A DNA stretch of 64,000 bases from the NCBI GenBank assembly GCA_963764625.1, contig CAVXTH010000005.1, positions 453,532 to 517,531 on the forward strand, read 5' to 3'. The stretch is from Candidatus Krumholzibacteriota bacterium. GTDB lineage: Bacteria > Krumholzibacteriota > Krumholzibacteriia > JAJRXK01. The notes under the pieces were generated by a model. That model saw only the letters and a program-made list of their open reading frames with translations, ran no database searches and was not told the origin of the DNA. The translations under genes and the position numbers were made by a program. Positions 57,645 to 64,000 of this stretch are shown here, one piece after another. Numbering within the stretch: the stretch's first letter is position 1; each line of letters begins with the position of its first letter.

Positions 57645-59879
57645 TCAGCGCACCAGTGTCATGCGGCGCGCTTCACTCACCCCGTTCACACTCAGCCGGC
57701 TCAGGTAGACGCCCGACGCCACGTCTCTTTTCGCATCGTCACGTCCATCCCAACGCACCGAGTACACTCCGGCCGGTTTCGTCCCATCCACCAGCGTATT
57801 GAGCTTTCGCCCGCGCAGATCGAAGATCTCCAACCGCACTCTTCCCGCCTCGGACATCCGGAATCGAAGAACCGTCGCCGGATTGAAGGGATTCGGTGCA
57901 TTGGGATACAGCACCGCCGCGCGCTGGGTCTGGACCACCGGCGGCGTCGCGGTCGGAGTGGAGAAGATCTCCCCCTTGATCCAGGCCGCGTTCTCGGGAG
58001 TCACCATCACGTGTTCCTGGTTCTCGCTGGGAAAGTACACCGCGTCGAAGGGGCTCTGACTCAAGAGGTCGCTCGCTCCCGCCACGTCGAAGAACAGGTC
58101 GTTCGTAGCCAGATCCAGAGAACTGATGGTGGGAATGAAGCAGTGGCTTGGATAAAGAGCGATGATGTCTCCGTAGGGCGCCTCGGTGGAATCGGCCTGA
58201 GCCATCGAGGCCCTCGAGCCTCCGGGCGCGTCGTCGTAGGGAGCGGTTCCCGCGACGATCACATCTTCGGTGTCGGAGGGAAATAAGATGATGTTCACCT
58301 CACCCTGGAAAATCCGCTGACTCGCTCCGTCGGGTACCGCCCACACATTTCCCCGGATGTCCACCAAGAACGAATCGTATTCCCACCGCATGATTTGATC
58401 GGCGGGCTCGAAGCCCTGGTTCTCTTGGGTTCCACTTCCGTTGGCGATAGCCACCAGTCGCGGCTGGCTGGGATAGTCGCCCAGGGCGGCGAGCTCGGAC
58501 TCGAACGCGGTGCGAAGGGGATCCTCCGATGCCGTGCTCGAAGGCGGTACGCTGTGGTGATACACGAGCATCTGCCGCGCGCCCGGGCGATCGAGACGGC
58601 TCAACAGGAACTCGGCGTCCGCGCTGTCCCCACTGAAGAAGTCGAGCCAATACTGCAGCCCCAGGGGGATGTTCGCCCCGCGCTGTGGCCCATCGAAGGA
58701 GATAAAGGTGCTCACGCGATGGGCCAGACCATCGTGCTCCATGTATGCCAGGGCAAAGCGTCCGCACAGTCCCCCCATGCTCGCGCCGGCCAGAGTGTAG
58801 TGCGCCAGAGGATCGATTCTCTGCTGCACCTGCTGCAGCAGCTCCACCACCAGGTAGCTGTTGCGCTGCAGGTAATCCGTCGCATCGTCGAAGTTCAGAA
58901 CCACCACGTCGTAGCCCTGCGCGCGAATGTCCTCCACCATGTTTTCCACGTTCAGGAGCGCATACAGCTCGTCCCAGTAGTAGCTGTTGTCCAGATCGAA
59001 ACCCTCGATGAAGACCAGGGGCTGCACCAGGGAGCTGTGTCCGGGCGCGTAGTACAGATAGGCTTCTCCGGTGGCGGCGACTCCGTCGTAGGCGATGCCC
59101 GCGGTGAGTTGCAGCGTATCGTCCGGCGCCGGGGTGGCCAGGGCGAGTACCTCGAAGGAGAAGGAAGCCTCGTGCGAAGCGCCGTCGGGCGAAAGCGCGC
59201 GCAAAGTGAGGGTCTTGTTCCCCGGGCTCTTGTAGCTTGCCTCCACTGGTACATCCAGCTGCACCGGCCGAAGGCCGGCGCCGTCATCCAGGTCAAGAAA
59301 GTACCGCGTTGTCAAAGACGGCAGGTTACTGAAGCGGTAGCTCGAATTCACCACGAAGCGCAGGTGACTTCCCTCGTAGCTTCGCTCCCGTAGGGCGGCG
59401 GCGGCGAACACATGCCCCGGCTGCAGCGCTTGCGGCGTGAGGTGAAGCCGCTGGGCGGTGATCGACGCGCGGCCGGTCTGCAAGGCATCGTGGCGAAGCC
59501 GGTCGTAGCGATAGTCGAGAAGTGCGATCGGGATGGCTGCACCCTGCTGCTTGGAGAGCCGGGCCCGCAGGGTCTGCAGCGAGGGCAAGGCGTGGTCGCC
59601 GTCCGCCGCCTGCCGAATCTCGTGATAGGCCTGCTGCCAACGCGCGAGGGAAACCACGGGCGCCTGGAACCCACCATCGAGCGCCTCGAGATGCGAGAGG
59701 GGCAAGACCCGGTCGTACAGCACGCCGCTGGGAGCAAAGCGAGCGGGCACCTCGGCAAAGAGCCGAGTCAAGGCTTCGTGCGCCCCTTTGGCCCAGAGGC
59801 ACGGGGCCGAAAGGACCAGCACCGCCAGAAACACGAGGGCAAAGCAGACACAGGAAACGGAACGCGATGGGGAGCGCAT
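57645..59879 (-). CDS. Secreted lipase-like alpha/beta hydrolase with a C-terminal FlgD-Ig-like domain
   Basis: Signal peptide, IEGFD, GASMGG and FDGPQRGANIP; C-terminal NAPNPFNP...WDGRD...SGVY. Confidence 0.82.
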   Translation of the reverse strand: MRSPSRSVSCVCFALVFLAVLVLSAPCLWAKGAHEALTRLFAEVPARFAPSGVLYDRVLPLSHLEALDGGFQAPVVSLARWQQAYHEIRQAADGDHALPSLQTLRARLSKQQGAAIPIALLDYRYDRLRHDALQTGRASITAQRLHLTPQALQPGHVFAAAALRERSYEGSHLRFVVNSSYRFSNLPSLTTRYFLDLDDGAGLRPVQLDVPVEASYKSPGNKTLTLRALSPDGASHEASFSFEVLALATPAPDDTLQLTAGIAYDGVAATGEAYLYYAPGHSSLVQPLVFIEGFDLDNSYYWDELYALLNVENMVEDIRAQGYDVVVLNFDDATDYLQRNSYLVVELLQQVQQRIDPLAHYTLAGASMGGLCGRFALAYMEHDGLAHRVSTFISFDGPQRGANIPLGLQYWLDFFSGDSADAEFLLSRLDRPGARQMLVYHHSVPPSSTASEDPLRTAFESELAALGDYPSQPRLVAIANGSGTQENQGFEPADQIMRWEYDSFLVDIRGNVWAVPDGASQRIFQGEVNIILFPSDTEDVIVAGTAPYDDAPGGSRASMAQADSTEAPYGDIIALYPSHCFIPTISSLDLATNDLFFDVAGASDLLSQSPFDAVYFPSENQEHVMVTPENAAWIKGEIFSTPTATPPVVQTQRAAVLYPNAPNPFNPATVLRFRMSEAGRVRLEIFDLRGRKLNTLVDGTKPAGVYSVRWDGRDDAKRDVASGVYLSRLSVNGVSEARRMTLVR

Positions 59880-60066
59880 GGCAATCCTCCGGGGAAGGGG
59901 AGCGGCCCGGGCCTGACAGCAGGCTGAGTGTAGCGGATCTGGCCGGAGCCCGGGGTCCCAGAAATCTCACGGGATTTCTGTTCGCTTTGCCGGTCGGGCG
60001 GGTATGGACCTCTAGATTCCCCCCGGTGAGGTGCTCCCTCCGCCGCGCCAGCCCAAAGGACATGCC

Positions 60067-63000
60067 ATGCGCCGCTCGGTCTCCGCCCGCCTCGGGCTCC
60101 TGTTTCTTCCCTTCTTTCTCGTTCTGTTCCTACCCATCCGCTCTGCCCGCGCCCAGTGGTCCCTGCGCGACGTGGCCTGGGTCGGCGACGAGGTCCACGA
60201 CACCTTGGGCTCTCCCATCGTCTTCGACAACTTCGACTACACGAAGACCACCCTTTCGGCCGCCAGCCTCGTGCGACTGGCGGGAAACTCGCGGGACCCG
60301 CAGGATCCTCCCTACAGCGCGCCGGTTTCTTTTTGGACGGAAGCGGATGCCGGAGTCTTCGAGCTCCTGTTCCAGGAAGGTCAGGCCCTTCAGGGACAGC
60401 CGGACCGAAGCGCGTCACTTCCTTTCTACGGGAGGGCGGATCAGAGCGAGGACGGGACCGTCCTGTTGAGCGGCAACTTCGACAACCCCAACGTCTACAA
60501 CGATTCCGCTACGCTCCTGAACCGGGGCAACGGCTGGGAGACCCTGATCGCCAAGGGCGACGCGGTGGCGCGTCCCTGGAACTTCGATGGTTCCGCCCTC
60601 ACCGTCATGCCCGGGGACGGTCCCTTTCACGGCGACACGATGGCTTTCTTCGGACTGCTCCTCGACTCGCAGGGAAGCGACATCAGCGAGACTAGTCTCT
60701 TCGTGGCCCAGCTCGGTCAGCCTCTGCGAGAACTCATCCGTACCCGCGAGGATCTGATGCCTGACCTGCCGGGCGACTTCGAATTGCGTGACCTGCCGGG
60801 CATGCCCGGCCAGAAGGCCCCCTACCTCGAGATGAACGAGAGCGGGCAGATCGTGGTGACCGCTTCTGGTCAGAGCACGCTCAATGGAAACGCGGCGCGG
60901 GTCCTGTACCGAATCTCCTCCGATGGCACGTTCACGAATTTACTCTCGGAGACCGCGGCGACTGTCTTCGGTCTGACCTTCTCGATCGAACACATGCGCA
61001 TCAACGCGGCGGGCCAGGTCGCGGTCGCCGGAGTGCTTCCCGGTCTGGGGGAGGGGGTCTGGATCTTCGACGGCCCCTCGCAATCGCGAAAGGTCTTGGA
61101 CTACAACGAGCTGAACACTCTCGACGGGGAAACCATCGCCGATGTCCTCGCCATGGCTCTGACCGACGACGGGTACGTGGTGGTGCAGGGACTCGACGAC
61201 CAAGGCAACGAGGGCATCTGGGCTGAGACCGACATGGGAATGGTGCGAGTGGCCAAGGTGGGCCAGCCCATTCCCGGACTTAACGGAAAGGAATTCGGAG
61301 GCTCCTACGGAATCGGCGGGATGGTGGTGAACCGTCAGGGAATGGTGGCCTTCACCGCCGGCATTCGCAACCTGGGAGGCGTGGATCAAATCGACGATCC
61401 CAACGGTCTGTGGATCGGAGGACCCGACCGGCTCGATCTGGTGGCGCAAACCAACGAATTCGCCGACCTCGAATCGGGTCAGAGCTTGTTGGTTCAGTAC
61501 ATCAATCTCCCGGGTTCCCCCTACGGACAGCTCATCGCCGAGGCGGCCTACGGCACCGGCGCGGGGGGGTGGGGCAACCATTTCAGCGAAGCCGGCGATC
61601 TCGCGTTCGTGCTCAACGGATCGCCCAGCATGGTCCTCGCGGTGGCGAATCGGCAGATGATCGTGAACTCCGGCGGCGACCAGTCCGACCAGAATCTCCA
61701 GGACGGCATCTGCGACATCGGGATTCCAGCGCCCGACGGGGGCCCCACCTGCACCCTGCGGGCGGCCATCGAGCAGGCGAACGCGAAGTCGGGACCGGAC
61801 AAGATCCGCTTTTCGATCCCCCAGGACGATCCCTCCTTCGACCCGGCGAAAGGGGTGTGGCGGCTCCGACCCAACAGCGAGCTTCCCGCCATCGCAGAAC
61901 GCGTGGATGTGCGCGGAACCACGGATGGGCTGGATCGGCCCGACGTGTGGCTCGAAGGATCCAACGCGGGCCTTGACGCCACCGGGCTGAGCGTGGGGCT
62001 CTCGGCCGCTGGAACCGCGCTCCACGACCTGGTGGTGGGGAACTGGTCGAACGACGGTCTCCATTTGAGTGGACTCGGTTGCACGATGGAGGGCTGCTAC
62101 GTGGGGGTGGGAACCGGCGGTGAAGCTCTGGGCAACGGACGTCATGGCGTTCTGGTCGACGTAACCGGGGTCGAAGTGGGTGGCGCGAATCTGCGCCGCA
62201 ACGTCATCACCGGAAATGCGCGCCACGGAGTCGCCATTCGGGGCGATGACGTCACCGGCGTCCTGGTGGCCAACTGCCAGCTGGGCGGGGACCAGCAGGG
62301 GACTTTTCCCGTGGGCAACGGGGGCGCGGGCGTCTTCATCGATGCTAGTCGCGGCTGTCTGATCGGGGGCAGCGATCCGGGAGCGGGAAACTTGATCTGC
62401 CGGAACGGGGGCAACGGGGTGACGCTTCAGCGGCGTGCCAAGAGCAATCTCGTCATCGGCAACTCCATTGGCACTGATCCCGCCGGGATCTTCGATCTGG
62501 CTAACGGCAATCACGGCGTCTACGTGGAGGATTCCCCCCGGGTCCGCATCGAGAGCAACATCATCGGCTACCAAGATCGCGAGTCGTGCGCGGGAATCCA
62601 CGGCAGCGAGAGCGTGAAGCTGTGGGCGCTGCACAACGACATCGTGAGCAACGACGTGGGCATCTCAATGTGGCGCTGCAACCAGAACTTCGTCTCGCGC
62701 AACTTCATTCACCACAATCAGTGTGGAGTGGACGTCAATGCCACCCTGCACGTGAGCTTCACTCTCAATCGCATCGAAAACAACCAGGACAACACCTGCA
62801 CCGGACTGCACGCCTACGGATCCGGTCTCATCGTCACCGGAAACCTCTTCACCGGCGACGCGGGCAACGGAATCAGCCTGCAGGATGGCAGCACCGCCGC
62901 CATCCACGAGAATCTCATCTTCGACAATTCGGGTCAGGGAGTAGAAAACTTCGATTCCACGGTCCAGATCGACGCAACCGGCAATTGGTGGGGAGACCCC

Positions 63001-63993
63001 TCGGGCCCGGGCGGGGATGGACGGGCAGCGGCGAGGAGGTCGCGGGAAACGTCGACTACTCGGGCTGGGCCAGCGCCCAGCCGGCGCTGGTGATGGCGGC
63101 GAGCAGCGACACCCTCTACATCGCGCCGGGAGAACGCGACGAACTGGGAGTGTTCGTGCGAAATTGGGTGGTCCCAGGCGACATGGTCGATTTCTCGGTG
63201 AGCGACGAGCAGGGTGGTTCTCACCAACGCACCCGCGACTCTGACCCTCAACGGCAACGACGGCGCGGAGTTTCGAGGCGAAGTGGAAGTGCCCATGGGA
63301 GTCTCGGCGAAAGCGCCCAACCACATCTTGGTCGAGGCTACCTCCCAGAGCAATCCCTCGGACACGAAGAGCGTGACGGTGGTCGTCGTGCCTTACCAAC
63401 CGGTACTCACGTCGATCGCGCTGGCCCCGGACACCCTGCAGGTCGTGCCAGGACGGCACTACGACTTCGTCGCGGTCGGACTCGACCAGATGGGTGAGAG
63501 ATTCGACTTCCTGCCCAGCTGGCAGGCGACCGGAGGCACCGTCGATGCGAACGGTCACTTCACGGCCGGCGGGCAGTTTGGCGAGTTCCAGCTCACAGTG
63601 GAGGGTCCGGGTGGAAATCCCAGTGCCACCGCGGTTATCCAGATCGTCGATGCGAGCGTGGCCAACGGCGAGGATGAGGATCCAGACGACCAACCATCCC
63701 AGAACTTGCCGCGCACGGTCTACCTGCAGCAGAACTTCCCTAACCCCTTCAATCCCCGCACCACGATTCGCTTCGGTCTGCCCCGGAGTGCTTCGGTGCA
63801 CCTGGAGATCTTCGACCTGCGCGGCCGGCGGGTTCGCTCCCTTGTCAGCGGAGAGACCCTCCCGGCGGGCACCCACGAACGCGCCTGGCAGGGACTGGAC
63901 GAGCGCGGACACACGGTGGCGAGTGGCGTCTACCTGTATCGCCTGCGGGCGGACCAGAAGGTCCGCGTGGAGCGCATGCTTCTCCTTCGCTGA
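60067..63993 (+). CDS. Large secreted or surface protein (propeller-like NxxG repeats, CSLREA-like motif, parallel beta-helix, Ig, FlgD-Ig-like tail); two frameshifts
   Basis: Signal peptide; NESGQ/NAAGQ/NRQGMVAF repeats; CTLRAAIEQAN; GN..IG repeats; NWWG.PSGP. Coding continues in another frame from about 63020 to 63214, then ends in the QNFPNPFNP domain. Confidence 0.8.
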
Positions 63994-64000
63994 GGCGGCG

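Overview
A GC-rich bacterial window with about 55 protein-coding genes. I found no rRNA, tRNA, CRISPR array or intact mobile element. Secreted proteins with C-terminal 'PNPFNP' FlgD-Ig-like domains and a 'WGxLK' tail suggest an FCB-group lineage such as Krumholzibacteriota or Latescibacterota (inference). 1-9.6 kb: PFOR (nifJ, partial), a sigma54 response regulator, a VorC/B/A-type 2-oxoacid:ferredoxin oxidoreductase operon, a PAS histidine kinase and an unusually divergent HypF with no other hyp genes in the window. 9.8-22 kb: an apparently complete Geobacter-style extracellular electron transfer kit, comprising a periplasmic tetraheme cytochrome, CbcL-like and ImcH-like inner-membrane cytochromes, and a porin + 12-heme + lipoprotein 4-heme conduit. 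Two more AT-rich GT-C-like genes and a DUF1028 gene interrupt it. 22-30 kb: a sigma54 operon with visible enhancer, IHF-like and -24/-12 sites. It encodes a membrane-anchored GcvH homolog lacking the lipoyl Lys, a HybA/HybB (NrfC/NrfD)-like pair with no catalytic subunit, a heme-c-motif sensor kinase, a sigma54 activator and an archaemetzincin. This is the best candidate for an undescribed system. A shared GACA-N3-TGTC palindrome links nifJ, vor and this operon. 30-39 kb: hemN, modABC, MscS and an MFS transporter. 39-52 kb: an accessory patchwork with gene remnants and a 39-bp tandem repeat. 52-64 kb: an ECF sigma + pseudokinase + Ser/Thr kinase-TPR module flanked by secreted proteins. A few single-base frameshifts may be sequencing errors. 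All family calls rest on motif recognition, not database searches.
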